64,000 nt of DNA from an uncultured Chloroflexia bacterium (GCA_963789825.1 CAWBME010000010.1:48788-112787), one strand, 5' to 3'; positions 1 through 11,143 are shown, counted from the first letter of the stretch. The notes: generated by a model not told the origin, from the sequence alone. Numbers and translations: made by a program.

Positions 1-687
1 TCGGAAGGCGACCCCAGCGCCAGCAGCCGGCCGCGCTGCATGATGCCGACCCGGTGACAGTACTCGGCCTCATCCATGTGGTGGGTGGTCACCACCGCTG
101 TCACCCCTTGATCGGCCAGGTCGTAGATGCGGTTCCAGAACAGCCGGCGGGCGATCGGGTCGACGCCGCTCGTCGGCTCGTCGAGGAAGACGAACACGGG
201 GTGATGGACCATCGCCACCGCCAGCGCCAACCGCTGGCGCCAACCGATCGGCAGCGCGCCGGCGCGCATCGAAGCCGCTGCCTGCAAGCCGAGCGATGTC
301 CAGCAGCTCTTCAATACGCCCGGCGGACTGCGCGCCATACACGCCGGAGTAGAAGCGCAGATTCTCCTCCGCCGTCAGCTCGTCGTACAGCGCAAAGCGC
401 TGCGACATGTAACCCACCTTGGCGCGGATGGCATCGGCCTCCGTGACGATATCGTGCCCCAGCAAGCGGGCGGTCCCGCCGCTCGGCTGCAACAGGCCGA
501 GCAGCATGCGGATGGTTGTCGTCTTGCCTGAGCCGTTCGGCCCCAGCAGGCCGATCACCTCGCCGGCATTGACCTCAAACGACAGATCGTCGACGGCGGT
601 GAACTCGCCGAAGCGCTTCGACAATCCCATCACCTGGAGCACTGGCTCGCCGGGCTGCGCCTTCGACCCCAGCGTGGGCTTACCCAT
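1..687 (-). CDS. ABC transporter ATP-binding protein (drug-export type), runs off the window and is frameshifted near 250-290
   Basis: Walker A GPNGSGKTT and YMSQRFALY in ORF 70..777; the FLDEPTSGVDP motif continues in another frame; ATG at 687 overlaps the stop of the upstream ATPase. Confidence 0.85.
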
Positions 688-1642
688 CGACCCGTCCGCG
701 GGCTGAGTCGGCAACGGGATCCGACTGGAGCAGATAGACGTAGACGTCCTCCAGGCTTGCCTGCGTCGGCCGCACACTACTCACGTCGCAGCCGGCTTCG
801 GCCAGCGAGCGCTCAAGGCGAGCCTGCGCTTGCGCCAGGGCGCCTGGAGCGAGGCGCAGGTGGAAACGGTCGCCCATCGCCTGGACATCCTCCACCGCCG
901 GGTCGGCGGCCGCGATCTGGCCGGCTGTCCGCAGCGGCGCGGCGACAACTTCGAGCACGCGCGACTGCAGCGGCTGGCGCAGCGCCTGCGGCGAACCCTC
1001 CGCCAGCACCCGGCCGCGGTTGAGGAACACCACCCGCTGGGCGCGCGCCGCCTCGTCCATGTAGGGCGTGCTGACCAGCACACCGACGCCTTCTTCCAAC
1101 AGGCGGATCAGCAGCTGCCAGAAGCTTTGCCGAGTGACCGGGTCGACCCCGCCTGTCGGCTCATCCATCAGCAGCACCTTCGGACGATGCACCAGCGCCG
1201 CCGCCAGGCCCAGCTTCTGGCGCATGCCGCCCGACAACGCGCCGGCGCGCCGCTCGGCGAACTCGCCCAATCCGACGAAGTTGAGGATCTCCAGGGCTCT
1301 GGGCAGCCATTCGCTGGCCGGCACGCCGCGCACCTCGGCGAAGAAGCGCAGGTTTTCCAGCACGGTCAGTTCCGGGTACAGGCTGAAGTGCTGCGGCAGG
1401 TAGCCCAGGCTGGCGCGCGCCTGCTCGACTTGGCTGCGCAGGTCGAAGCCGCACAACCGGACTTGCCCCGCATCCAGCCGCAGTGCGCCGCACAGCAGGC
1501 GCATCAGCGACGTCTTTCCGGCGCCATCCGGCCCGAGCAGCGCCACGATCTCGCCCGCGCCCACCTGCACATCCACGCCATCGACGGCGGACACGGCGCC
1601 GAACGACCGCCGCAGGCCGCGCCCTTCGATCAGCCAGTCCAC
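680..1642 (-). CDS. ABC transporter ATP-binding protein (YbhF-like)
   Basis: GPDGAGKT, LSGGMRQKL and LMDEPTGGVDP motifs. Confidence 0.93.
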   Translation of the reverse strand: MDWLIEGRGLRRSFGAVSAVDGVDVQVGAGEIVALLGPDGAGKTSLMRLLCGALRLDAGQVRLCGFDLRSQVEQARASLGYLPQHFSLYPELTVLENLRFFAEVRGVPASEWLPRALEILNFVGLGEFAERRAGALSGGMRQKLGLAAALVHRPKVLLMDEPTGGVDPVTRQSFWQLLIRLLEEGVGVLVSTPYMDEAARAQRVVFLNRGRVLAEGSPQALRQPLQSRVLEVVAAPLRTAGQIAAADPAVEDVQAMGDRFHLRLAPGALAQAQARLERSLAEAGCDVSSVRPTQASLEDVYVYLLQSDPVADSARGRVDG

Positions 1643-1679
1643 GCCTACCCCTCGTCCACCGGTCGGCCGTTCCCCAGGC

Positions 1680-2935
1680 TCATGCGCCGAAGGTCACATC
1701 AGCCGGCATGCCCGGCTTCAGGCGCCCGCCCGGATCGGTCAGGCGAAGTTCGACGGCGAACACCATCAGGCGGCGGCCTTCCGCGGTCTGCACATTGCGC
1801 GGGGTGAACTCCGCCTGATCGGCGATACGCGAGACCTGCTGCCTCGAAGATCTCCCCGGGAAGGTGTCGACTTCGACCTGGGCGCGGTCGCCGACCGCGA
1901 CCTGGCCATAGCGATCCTCGGCGATGTACACCGTCAGCTTCAGCACGTCGCTTTGGCGAACGGCGATCGCCACCGCCCCGGGGGTCAACACTTCGCCGGG
2001 TTCGATCGAGCGAGCGATCACGGTCCCAGCCACGCTGGAGCGGACCTCGAACTTGCCGAACTGGAGATCGATGGTCGTCAGATCAGAGGCCGCCTTGGCC
2101 TGCGCCAGCTCGAGCTGTGCCTGGGCCTGAGCCAGCGCCATCTTGCGCAACGCCAGCTGATCAGGGTCCGGACCGTTCTTCCATTTGTTCCATTCGAGCT
2201 CCCTCTGGCCAGGCGGCCTTGGCCGCGGAGACGGCCGCGTCCAGGATCGCCTGGTCGATATCCGTCGGCTCGCCCTGATACCAGTTCAAGTTGGTCTGCA
2301 GCGCATCGCGTGCTTTGCGACGGTCCTCGTACAGCCACAGCTCTCCGCGGCGGCGTGCTCCGGGTCGCTCGATGGCTTGTCCTCCACCCGGTTGGAAGGC
2401 CTCGTTCGCTCTGCGCCACGGCCTCCTTGGCCAGCTCGAGTTGGGCTTCGACGCCCTCGACCGTTTCGTCCGTCGCCCGCCGGCCGCTTTGTTGGTAACT
2501 CCGGCGGCGTTCAGCGTCGTCGAGGGCATCGCGCGCGTTGGCCAGCTCGACCTCGGCCTGCGCCGGCCAGCACCGGGGCATCCTCATACAGCTGATCCAG
2601 CGCCTGCTCGGCCGTCAGCAGGTTCATGCGGGCCGAGACCACCGCCGCCTTGCCGGTGGCGGCGACCAGGTCACGCTGCCCACGCAGCAGCTCATCGTCC
2701 AGCCGGAATAGCGGATCGCCAGCATGCACCACCTGCCCTTCCTGCACCAGCACCTCGAGTCACTCGACCGCTGCTCTCGGGCCCGATGCAAGACCTCGGC
2801 CCCCTCGACCGTCCCGGAGGCGGTCAGCGGGCCGCCGCGGTCGCCGGACACCGACCACAGGTAGACCAGCGCCGCCAGGATCAGCAGCCCCAGCACGATC
2901 AGAGGGGCGAAGCGCCGAATGGAAGCCGTGTGCAT
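1680..2935 (-). CDS. HlyD-family periplasmic adaptor (YbhG-like), several frameshifts
   Basis: N-terminal TM plus ASGTVE (2624..2935), VQEGQVVHAGDPLFRLD, and C-terminal AEFTPRNVQT...LKPGMPADV (1680..2150). Confidence 0.85.
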
Positions 2936-2947
2936 GTCAGCCTTCCT

Positions 2948-4081
2948 TCAATCCAGACTCTTGCGGAAGCGCAGCGCTGCGATCGCCATCCAGACAAAGG
3001 CCAGGATGGTCAGCGCCACGACCTCCGGCCCCAGGCTGCTCAAGCCCACCCCCTTGAGCAGCACGGAGCGAATAATCACCAGGTAGTAGCGCAGCGGGAT
3101 CAGGTATGAGATCGCCTGCAGGAAAGGCGGCATGGCCGCCAGCGGGAAGAAGAAACCGGAGAGGAAGATCGTGGGCAGCAAGGTGAAGTAGGTGAGCATC
3201 ATGGCTTCCTGCTGCGTGTGGGCGACGGTGGAGATGAAGAGCCCGATGCCGAGCGACGAGAGCAGGAACAGGCAGGAGAGCCACAGCAGCAGCCCCAGGC
3301 CGCCGCGGATCGGGACGTCAAACCAAAGCGTGCCGACGACAAGGATTTCGAGTGTGTCGAACAGGGCCAGCAGCACATAGGGCAGGATCTTGCCCAGAAT
3401 CAGTTCCCACGAGCGGATCGGCGTGACGATCAGCTGCTCGATCGTGCCACGTTCGCGCTCGCGCACGATAGAGGTCGAAGTGAGCATGGTGGTCATCAGC
3501 TGCAGGATCATGCCGATCAGCGCCGGCACCATGAAGTAGGCGCTGACCAGGTCGGGGTTGTACCAGACACGCGCCCGCACCTGGATCAGCGGCTGCAGCC
3601 CGCCCGCGGGCACAACGCCGCCCAGGCGCTCGACCGCCAGGGTCGTGGCATGCGCCTGGCCGATCAACTGAGCCGCCGCCAGGCTGGTCGAAGCCACGTT
3701 GGGGTCGCTCCCATCGAGCACGAAGGCGACCACCGCCGGGCGTCCGGCGAGCAGGCTGCTGGCGTAGTCGGGCGGGATCACCAAGCCGGCGCGCGCCCGG
3801 CCGCCTTCGATCAGACCCCGCAACTCGGCCTCGGAGTCGACATCGAAGGCGAGGCGAAAGTAATCGGCGGCGCGGTAGGCGTCCAGCAGGCGGCGCGCCT
3901 CAGGGCTGCGGTCCTGGTCAAAGACCGCCAGCGGCACGTTGCGCACGTCGTTGGTGGCGGTGTAGCCCAGCAGGAACAGCTGCACGACGGGAATGGCGAA
4001 GGTGATGTAGAGCGTGCGCGGGTCGCGCCAGATCTGGATGAACTCCTTGCGGATGAGCGAGCGCAGCCGGGAATTGATCAT
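2948..4081 (-). CDS. ABC-2 type permease (YbhR/YbhS-like)
   Basis: KEFIQIWRD N-terminus, IVRERERGTIEQLIVTP, multiple TM helices. Confidence 0.93.
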   Translation of the reverse strand: MINSRLRSLIRKEFIQIWRDPRTLYITFAIPVVQLFLLGYTATNDVRNVPLAVFDQDRSPEARRLLDAYRAADYFRLAFDVDSEAELRGLIEGGRARAGLVIPPDYASSLLAGRPAVVAFVLDGSDPNVASTSLAAAQLIGQAHATTLAVERLGGVVPAGGLQPLIQVRARVWYNPDLVSAYFMVPALIGMILQLMTTMLTSTSIVRERERGTIEQLIVTPIRSWELILGKILPYVLLALFDTLEILVVGTLWFDVPIRGGLGLLLWLSCLFLLSSLGIGLFISTVAHTQQEAMMLTYFTLLPTIFLSGFFFPLAAMPPFLQAISYLIPLRYYLVIIRSVLLKGVGLSSLGPEVVALTILAFVWMAIAALRFRKSLD

Positions 4082-4741
4082 TGCGGGCCAATGCCGGCGG
4101 CCGGCAGCGGCCCTTGCCTGCCGTCCTCCACCACACCATGCAGGAAGATGTCGACAAAGCGCTCAAGCGTGTCGGGCGGGAAGGCGGCCAGCGTCTCCGG
4201 GCTGAGCATCTGCTCGGTGATCACGTAGGAGAAGAACATGCCGACGAAGGCACGCATGAACACCGGCGGCGGCAGATCGCGCAGCCCGCTGCCCGCCGCG
4301 GTCAGTCGCTGCATGGCAGTTGAGAGTTCGCGGCAGGATGACGGCGAAGAGCGCCGGCAGGTTCTCGCCGTGCATCTCGACGACCTCGATGAACATCAGG
4401 TTGATGAAGTCGGGGCGGCCGTGCATGGTCGCCAGCAGCCGCTCGGCGGCGTCGCGCACTGCGGCCTCCACGGTATCGCCGCCGGCGGCTTCGATGGCTG
4501 GGATCAGCTCGCGGTAGGGGTGGTACTCCAAGAACACGGCGGTGAACAGCTGGCGTTTGCCGGGGAAGTGGTTGTAGACGCCCCCCAGGGCGATGCCGGC
4601 TTCGGCAGCGATGCGGCGCATCGAGCTGCCGTGGTAGCCGTGAGCCACAAACAAGCGGTAGGCGGCGTTCAGGATACGCTGGGCGGCGTCCGCTTGCCGG
4701 GGGGGAGTGGATCGGGGCGGGACAGTTGGACGTCGGGCCAC
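4078..4741 (-). CDS. TetR/AcrR family regulator (frameshift near 4320)
   Basis: HTH ILNAAYRLFVAHGYHGSSMRRIAAEAGIALGGVYNHFPGK; C-terminus in ORF 4078..4314. Confidence 0.9.
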
Positions 4742-4773
4742 GGGTTCTGCCTTCCTGTCCGCTGGTTCGCTTC

Positions 4774-4826
4774 ATGAACGAACGTTCGTTCATAGAGAGT
4801 ATTGCACCAGGCGAGCCGGGCGTCAA
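4774..4826 (-). promoter_or_regulatory. Sigma70-type promoter (TTGACG-17-AATACT) with a perfect 20-bp palindromic operator ATGAACGAACGTTCGTTCAT (4774-4793)
   Basis: Read directly; the palindrome overlaps the predicted start site of the tetR operon. Confidence 0.8.
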
Positions 4827-4842
4827 GCCCCCAGAATCAAGA

Positions 4843-4869
4843 CGCCCCGCAGCCTTGGGCTGCGGGGCG
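4843..4869 (-). terminator. GC hairpin terminator after the small membrane-protein genes
   Basis: CGCCCCGCAGCC-TTG-GGCTGCGGGGCG, followed on the minus strand by TCTTGATTCT. Confidence 0.6.
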
Positions 4870-4894
4870 CACCTTCATCCACTCAGAGACGGGA

Positions 4895-5107
4895 TCAGCG
4901 ATCGTCTGGCTGCGGCAGCGTCGCTACCTCCCGCAGCAGGCCCATCGTCAGAACGCCCAGCCGAAGGCCCTCCCCGGTCGTCAGGCGCACGCTCCCCCCA
5001 CTGCGCTCAGCACGCTGTGCCAGGATCATGCCGATGGCAACGCCGAGCAGGCCCCCCACCAAGCCGCCCACCAGCGCCAGCTTAATCCGTCCGTCCATCT
5101 GCGACAT
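4895..5107 (-). CDS. Small membrane protein
   Basis: MSQMDGRIKLALVGGLVGGLLGVAIGMILA; GGGAGGGG SD-like sequence upstream. Confidence 0.65.
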   Translation of the reverse strand: MSQMDGRIKLALVGGLVGGLLGVAIGMILAQRAERSGGSVRLTTGEGLRLGVLTMGLLREVATLPQPDDR

Positions 5108-5565
5108 CTTCCCCTCCCGCCTTGCGCCGGAACAGCCGCCCCAACACCTGCATCCCGGCCCGGGCCGAAGCACCGGCCGAGCGCGTGGCCACGATCGGAA
5201 TCACACTCACATCGGCCGCGCGCAGCATCCCGCCGCGCAACTGGCTCATGGCGCGCTGTGCCCGGAAGGAATACGGCGGAAGCAGGACGGTCAGCCGCGC
5301 CACTCCCACCCCGGCCGCAACGCAGCGCAGCCAACAGGATCACGCCCAGCAGGCAGGCGGGCAGCGCCATCAACACCAGCGTCAGGTCGGCCCACAGGCT
5401 GGGGTCGCCCACTCCGCCACGGGCCAGCACCGCAACCAGCACGATCAGCGCCAGCAAGCCCAGCGCCAACGGCAGGTACACCTGCCAGCGCACCTGCCGC
5501 CGGAACGACTGCTGCGTTGCCGGGTTGACCGGTAGCGGCGCTTTTCGGATTTCGCCTTCGTCCAT
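5082..5565 (-). CDS. Hypothetical membrane protein (frameshift near 5320)
   Basis: Two TM segments (QVYLPLALGLLALIVLVAV...); TGCTACAAT extended -10 lies 7 nt before the ATG. Confidence 0.6.
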
Positions 5566-5685
5566 GGGTCGTATTGTAGCATCATCCCTCGCCGGCTCAC
5601 GGCTGGCGGCCCGCGGGCGGGTCGACGAGACCCCAAGCGCAAGGCGCTTCGTCACGCCAGGGCGCCTCCGTCCGCCGTTGGCATC

Positions 5686-5933
5686 CCGACGCGGTCCCCT
5701 GCCCACACTCCCGGGGCGAGTGCGCAGCCTCCTGGTGCAACGCGCACGGGATCGGGGGCCTCGCACACCCTTCCGGAATGGCAACCGATTTGCGAGCCTT
5801 CGCAGCCGAACTCCACCTGCCGAAGGATTGTCCGCGAAGGGGTAGTCTCCCAGCCCGAAGGCATGCGGGAACCAGCATCGGAGCCTCACGGCCCGGACGG
5901 GGGTTGCAGTTCAAATGGGTGCGCCGCGACCGG
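5686..5933. ncRNA. Candidate structured ncRNA, family not assigned
   Basis: Intergenic; closing stem plus several internal helices with UUCG/GUGA loops and G-U pairs on the minus strand. Confidence 0.4.
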
Positions 5934-6093
5934 CAAGAGAGAGGGGAGCCCTGAGCAGTGGCGCTACTCTGGCCTTCGTGGTGCATGTGTCCGAACAGGC
6001 GCAGCGGCGGACAGCGTTCCCGCTTCAGCCGGCCCGGCCCGCCCCTTCTCCTCCCTCCGGCGATGACGTACAATCATCGGCCGAGGAGAACCG

Positions 6094-7307
6094 ATGGCAG
6101 ACTTCTCAGGCAAGGGATTGGTGGCCGTGCTGAAGACGCGGCCGGAGTCCGTCCTGGAGGACACCGAACGGCTGATGCGCATGGCGCACGTGGAATCGGC
6201 GCTGCCGCGCGGCGTGCGCACCGGCCTCAAGATCAACATTTCCTGGCAGACCTGGTACCCGGCCTGCTCCTCCGCGCCGTGGCAGGTCGAGGGCGCCATC
6301 CGCGCCCTGCGCCACCTGGGCTACAACGACCTGGTCGGTGTGCACAATGACACCGTCGTCGTCGACACGCGCGATGCCGAGGTGAACAACAAGCACCGCT
6401 TCGTCACCGACCAATACGGCGTCCCCTGCATCTACCTGTACGAGCAGAAGTTCGAGTGGGCGGAGTACAAGCCGCGCCGCCCGTTCCTGGTGCTGGACAA
6501 GGTCTACCCCAAAGGCGTGTTCATCCCCAAGGAATTGATCGGGCTGAACATGGTCCACCTGCCGACGGTGAAGACCCATGTGTTCACCACCATCACCGGC
6601 GCCATGAAGAACGCCTTCGGCGGGCTGCTGCACCGCAACCGCCATTGGACGCACGCCGTCATCCACGATACGCTGGTCGACCTATTGATGATCCAACAGG
6701 AAATCCACCCCGGGCTGTTCGCCCTGATGGACGGCACCTTCGCCGGCGACGGGCCCGGGCCGCGGGCGATGCGCTGGCATCAGAAGGATATCCTGCTGGC
6801 CTCCGCCGACCAGGTGGCGATCGACGCCATCTCGGCCAAGCTGCAGGGCTTCGATCCGATGAAGATCCGCTTCATTCGCCGCGCCCATGAGATGGGACTG
6901 GGGGTCGGCGATCCCAGCCAGATCGAAATCGCCGGCTACGACATCGAACAGGAGCCGGCGTGGGGCTTCGTACAGGAGGACACCTTCGCCAGCCGCGGCC
7001 AGAAGCTGATCTATCATGGCCCGCTCAAGCCGCTGGAGAAGCCGTTGCTGCAGAGCCCGCTGGTCCCGTGGGCATACTTCGCCAGCAACTTCTATCACAA
7101 TGTCTACTGGTACCCGTTCGTCGGCCGACGCCGCGTGGCACAGGCGCTGAAGACCCCCTGGGGCAAGCTGTTCCGCTCGTATGGCGACGGGCAGGTGGTG
7201 ATGCCCGGCATGCAGCCCAAGACCGTGCTGCAGGCGCTCGCGGCGCTGGTGGCAGCCGTAGCAGCCTGCTGTACGGCGGCTTGCGTCTGCTGCAGCGTGG
7301 CGGCTGA
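6094..7307 (+). CDS. DUF362 domain-containing protein
   Basis: LKINISW, PTVKTHVFTTITGAMKNAFG, DGTFAGDGPGP and DQVAIDA motifs; GAGGAG SD; C-terminal TM probably frameshifted with the stop at 7305-7307. Confidence 0.82.
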
Positions 7308-7314
7308 GGCTCGC

Positions 7315-7992
7315 ATGACCGCACGCCTGGCGCTGGAAACTCATTGCCACACCTACTGGTCGACGGATTGCCTGATGCTGCCCGCGCAGCAGATCGCCGC
7401 CGCCCGCGCCGCCGGGCTGGACCGGCTGGCCATCACCGACCACAATCTCATCGGGGGCGCAGTGGAGCTCGCCCGGCTCGCCCCGGATCTGATCCTCATC
7501 GGTGAGGAGATCAAGACCAGCCAGGGTGAGCTGCTGGCCTACTACGTGAAGGAGCTCGTGCCGCCCGGCCTGTCCCCAGAGGAGACCATCCGCCGCCTGC
7601 GCGACCAGGGCGCGGCCATCTCGGTCGCCCATCCCTTCGACCACGAGCGCTCCGGCGCCTGGCGCGAGGAGAACCTGCGGCGCATCCTTCCGCTGGTCGA
7701 CGCCATCGAAGTCTTCAATGCCCGCTGCATCGTGCGCAATGCCAACGCATTGGCGGGTGAGTTTGCCGCCGCCATGGACAAGCCCGGCAGCGCCGGGTCG
7801 GATGCCCATTCCTATCGTGAAGTCGGCCGCACGCATATGCTGCTGCCACCCTTCGACGATGGCCCGTCGCTGGCGCGGGCCTTCGCACAGGCGGAGCTGG
7901 TCTGCCGGGCCTCGTCACTGGCAATCCATTTCGTCTCGAGCTATGCCACCTGGCGCAAGAAGCGCGGCTGGCATCCGCCACACTCGGCCTGA
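7315..7992 (+). CDS. PHP domain metal-dependent phosphoesterase
   Basis: HCHTYWS, AITDHN, AHPF and GSDAH motifs. Confidence 0.88.
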   Translation: MTARLALETHCHTYWSTDCLMLPAQQIAAARAAGLDRLAITDHNLIGGAVELARLAPDLILIGEEIKTSQGELLAYYVKELVPPGLSPEETIRRLRDQGAAISVAHPFDHERSGAWREENLRRILPLVDAIEVFNARCIVRNANALAGEFAAAMDKPGSAGSDAHSYREVGRTHMLLPPFDDGPSLARAFAQAELVCRASSLAIHFVSSYATWRKKRGWHPPHSA

Positions 7993-8170
7993 GTCTTCGG
8001 CCAACGTCCGGTGATCACTGGCCGGGGATAGGCCTGCGGCGGGCGCAGGTTCGAGCGGGCGCCCTGCAACCCGCAGCACGCGCCCGGCTGAAGAGTAGCC
8101 ATCACCATCGGGATCGGCGACGAGCGTGCGGCGCTGCCCGCCTGCAGCCAGACGCAATCGATTCGGGTGC

Positions 8171-9688
8171 TCAGGTGGGCGCGATCAGTTCGCGCGTGCG
8201 CAGGTGTGGGAAGAGGATCACCTCGCGGATGGTGGCTTTGCCGGTCAGCAGCATCGTCAGCCGGTCGATGCCCATTCCGAAACCGCCATTCGGCGGCATG
8301 CCATAGCGCATCGCCCGCAGGTAGTCCTCGTCAAGCGGGTGACGTTCTTCGCTGTCGGCGGCGTAGTCGCGACCCATCTCGAGGAAGCGCTGTTCCTGGT
8401 CGAAGGGGTCGTTCAGCTCGGTGAAGGCGTTGCACAGCTCCATGCCGGCGACGAATCCCTCGAACCGCTCGACGGTGCCCGGATCCTCCGGCGTGCTCTT
8501 GGCCAGCGGGGAGATGTCGCGCGGGTAGTCGTACAGGAAGGTCGGCTCGATCAGCGTCGGTTCGACGTAGTGCGTCAGCAGCGACTCGATCAGCTTGCCG
8601 CGCGTGGCATCGGGCGCCGGCTCGTGCCCGTGGGCTAGCATCTCGCGCCGCAGTCCCTCGGCCAGCGGATGGGCGGCGATGTCGATCCCGCTGCGCTCAA
8701 GGATCGACTGGCGCAGCGTCACCCGCTTCCAGGGCGGGGCGAGGTCGATGGTGTGGCCTTCATAGACCACGGTCGTCGATCCGGTAGCCTGCTGGGCGGC
8801 ATGCGCCACCATCTGCTCGGTCAGGTCCATCACCTGCAGGTAGTCGGCATAGGCCATGTAGAACTCGAGCTGGGTGAACTCCGGGTTGTGCTTGAAGGAG
8901 ACGCCCTCGTTGCGGAAGTCCCGGCCGATCTCATACACCCGCTCGAAGCCGCCCACCAGCAGACGCTTGAGATAGAGCTCGAACGAGATGCGCAGGTACA
9001 GGTCCTGATGCAGTTGATTGTGGTGGGTGACAAACGGCTGAGCCGCCGCGCCGCCGTAGAGCGGCTGCAGCATCGGCGTCTCGACCTCGACGAAGCCCCG
9101 GCCATCGAGGAACTCGCGCAGTGCCCGCACCACGCTCGCCCGCGTGAGGAAGATCTGCCGGACCTCGGGGTTGACCGCCAGGTCGGCATAGCGCTGCCGA
9201 TAGCGCGCTTCCGGATTGTCGAACGCCGAGTGCACCCGGCGTTCCCCGTCGACCACTTCTTCCTTGGACGCCGGAAGCGGGGAGATCGACTTGGCCAGCA
9301 TGCGGAAGTCGTTCACCTGCAGCGTGACCTCGCCGCTGCGCGTCCGGAACAGCGTCCCCGAGGCCTGTATGAAATCCCCCAGATCGAACAGGGTGTTGAC
9401 GGCCTCCAGTCGCTCCTGGCCGAGATCATCCAGACGGAAGTACAGCTGCAGACGGCCGTGGCCATCCTCGATGTGGCTGAAGGTGGTCTTGCCCATGACG
9501 CGCATGGAGCGCAGTCGGCCGGCGACGGTCACTGCGCCGAGGCTGTCGCCCTGAGCCTCAAAGGCCTGCACGGCCTGGGTGGTGGTGTGGCTGCGTTGGG
9601 CTCGCGCCGGGTAGGCGTCGAGCCCAGCCAGGCGCAGCGCCTCGATCTTCGCCGCCCGGATCCGCTCCAGCTCGCTGAGTTCTGCCAT
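8171..9688 (-). CDS. lysS: Lysine--tRNA ligase (class II)
   Basis: OB-fold anticodon domain, [13 protein letters not shown]...[22 protein letters not shown]. Confidence 0.98.
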   Translation of the reverse strand: MAELSELERIRAAKIEALRLAGLDAYPARAQRSHTTTQAVQAFEAQGDSLGAVTVAGRLRSMRVMGKTTFSHIEDGHGRLQLYFRLDDLGQERLEAVNTLFDLGDFIQASGTLFRTRSGEVTLQVNDFRMLAKSISPLPASKEEVVDGERRVHSAFDNPEARYRQRYADLAVNPEVRQIFLTRASVVRALREFLDGRGFVEVETPMLQPLYGGAAAQPFVTHHNQLHQDLYLRISFELYLKRLLVGGFERVYEIGRDFRNEGVSFKHNPEFTQLEFYMAYADYLQVMDLTEQMVAHAAQQATGSTTVVYEGHTIDLAPPWKRVTLRQSILERSGIDIAAHPLAEGLRREMLAHGHEPAPDATRGKLIESLLTHYVEPTLIEPTFLYDYPRDISPLAKSTPEDPGTVERFEGFVAGMELCNAFTELNDPFDQEQRFLEMGRDYAADSEERHPLDEDYLRAMRYGMPPNGGFGMGIDRLTMLLTGKATIREVILFPHLRTRELIAPT

Positions 9689-9722
9689 CGTCCGCCGTCC
9701 CCTTCACCCGGCGCGGGCTATG

Positions 9723-9756
9723 AAAAAAGCCCCGCGCAGCCTGGCTGGCGCGGGGC
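9723..9756 (-). terminator. Intrinsic terminator between greA and lysS
   Basis: Minus strand GCCCCGCGC...GCGCGGGGC followed by TTTTTT. Confidence 0.8.
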
Positions 9757-9773
9757 CTGCCCACGACTGCCGT

Positions 9774-10241
9774 CTACTTGATGTCAAGGATCTTGTAGCG
9801 CAAGGTCCCGGCCGGTGCATGCACTTCGACCTCGTCGTCGGCGCGGTGATCCAACAAGGCCTGCCCGAGCGGGAACTCGTTCGAGATCAGCCCCTGTTTC
9901 GGGTTGGCCTCGGCCGACCCGACGATGGTGTAGGTCTCCGGGGACCCGGAACTTTCGCGGACCGTCACCGTGCTGCCAATGCGGATGGCCCCGGTCGACT
10001 CACCCGGTTCAATGACCTTCGCCTGTGCGAGCAGGTGCTCAAGCTCGAGAATGCGTCCTTCAACGAAGGCCTGCTCGTTCTTGGCCGCTTCATACTCGGC
10101 GTTCTCGATCAGCTCGCCGCCCTCCATCGCCTCATGCAACCGCTGGGCAACCTCAGCCCGCTTGACGGTGCGCAGATGCTCAAGCTCATCCTCCAGCTTC
10201 TTGAGCCCCTCGGCGGTGACATAGACTGCATGATTCCCCAT
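9774..10241 (-). CDS. greA: Transcription elongation factor GreA
   Basis: TAEGLKKLEDELEHL, ENAEYEAAKNEQAFVEGRI, IVGSAEANP. Confidence 0.96.
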   Translation of the reverse strand: MGNHAVYVTAEGLKKLEDELEHLRTVKRAEVAQRLHEAMEGGELIENAEYEAAKNEQAFVEGRILELEHLLAQAKVIEPGESTGAIRIGSTVTVRESSGSPETYTIVGSAEANPKQGLISNEFPLGQALLDHRADDEVEVHAPAGTLRYKILDIK

Positions 10242-10289
10242 CGTCAACTCTCTTGCCGGGATGGGCGGTCTGGCCCGGCCTCTGGCGAT

Positions 10290-10367
10290 AAAAATAGAAC
10301 TGAGAGATGACTCTCAGCCCACAACGGTGGTTTCGACCATCATAGCACAGCTCGCGGCACCTGTCTA
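10290..10367 (-). promoter_or_regulatory. greA promoter (TAGACA-17-TATGAT, extended TG) with a leader hairpin and U-tract
   Basis: -35 at 10362-67, -10 at 10339-44; CTGAGAG-TCAT-CTCTCAG-TTCTATTTTT in the leader. Confidence 0.7.
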
Positions 10368-11143
10368 CAAAGCCAGAGGGCCGAGCGCCTGGCCGTATGG
10401 GTGGCTCCCGTAGCGCCAACAGCAGCCGCGCACCGCCCCAGGCGTCGTGAAGTTCGATCAGCTCGCTCAGCAGATGGTCGGCATCTGACCAGAAACTGCC
10501 GATCTGCGAGCGATACTCGGCGGCGGCGCTGGCCCAGGCTTCGATCTCCTCTTGCGCCAGCGGCAGACTCACTACCTCGCCCGCCGGCATACTGAACCCC
10601 GCCGGCAGTCCACCACCCCGGCTGGCATAGGGAAGATCATAGTAGTACCAAAGGCCCAAGCCGAGGCGCTCAGCGGCGCCCCGTGTCAACTGGTGGTCGA
10701 CATGGCCACCGACGGCGAGCGGGCAAACGACCTGGGTGCTGAGCGTCGCACGCCTGCGAGAGCAGGTCCCCCAGGTACTCGACGATCCGGGAGTCCTCGG
10801 CATGCAAGGCGCCGAAGATGGCCGTCTCGTCGGGGTACAAGGGCGTCCCGTCTTCCGCCGTGCGGTAGATGGCATCGGGGATATCGAGATGTCGCGCCAG
10901 CGCGCCCAAGCGGCCTGCGGCGATGCGATCCTCCGTGCGGCGAACGGAGGCTGGGGCAACAGCCGTCCCCCAGCGCAGGTGCAGCTGTTCGGCGAAGGAG
11001 GAAAGCGGTCCGACCGGAGGGTCTCCAGCACAGATGGTGAGAACGCGCACTTCATCGCCGGCCGAGGCGCGCTGAGCCATCCAGCCGCCGCAGGAGAACA
11101 CTGCGTCGTCGAGGTGGGGCGAGAGCACAACCAGACCGCCCAT
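10365..11143 (-). CDS. PIG-L/LmbE family deacetylase (frameshifted, 3' end approximate)
   Basis: LSPHLDDAVFSCGG, RRTED, PLAVGGHVDH and YYDLPY motifs spread over two ORFs. Confidence 0.85.

Noticed and set aside
6094-7992. Apparent DUF362-PHP fusion (632 aa ORF)
   Set aside because: The junction (AACCTAACVCC) looks out of frame. A one-base fix gives a TM ending LLYGGLRLLQRGG-stop at 7307, and the PHP gene has its own ATG at 7315.
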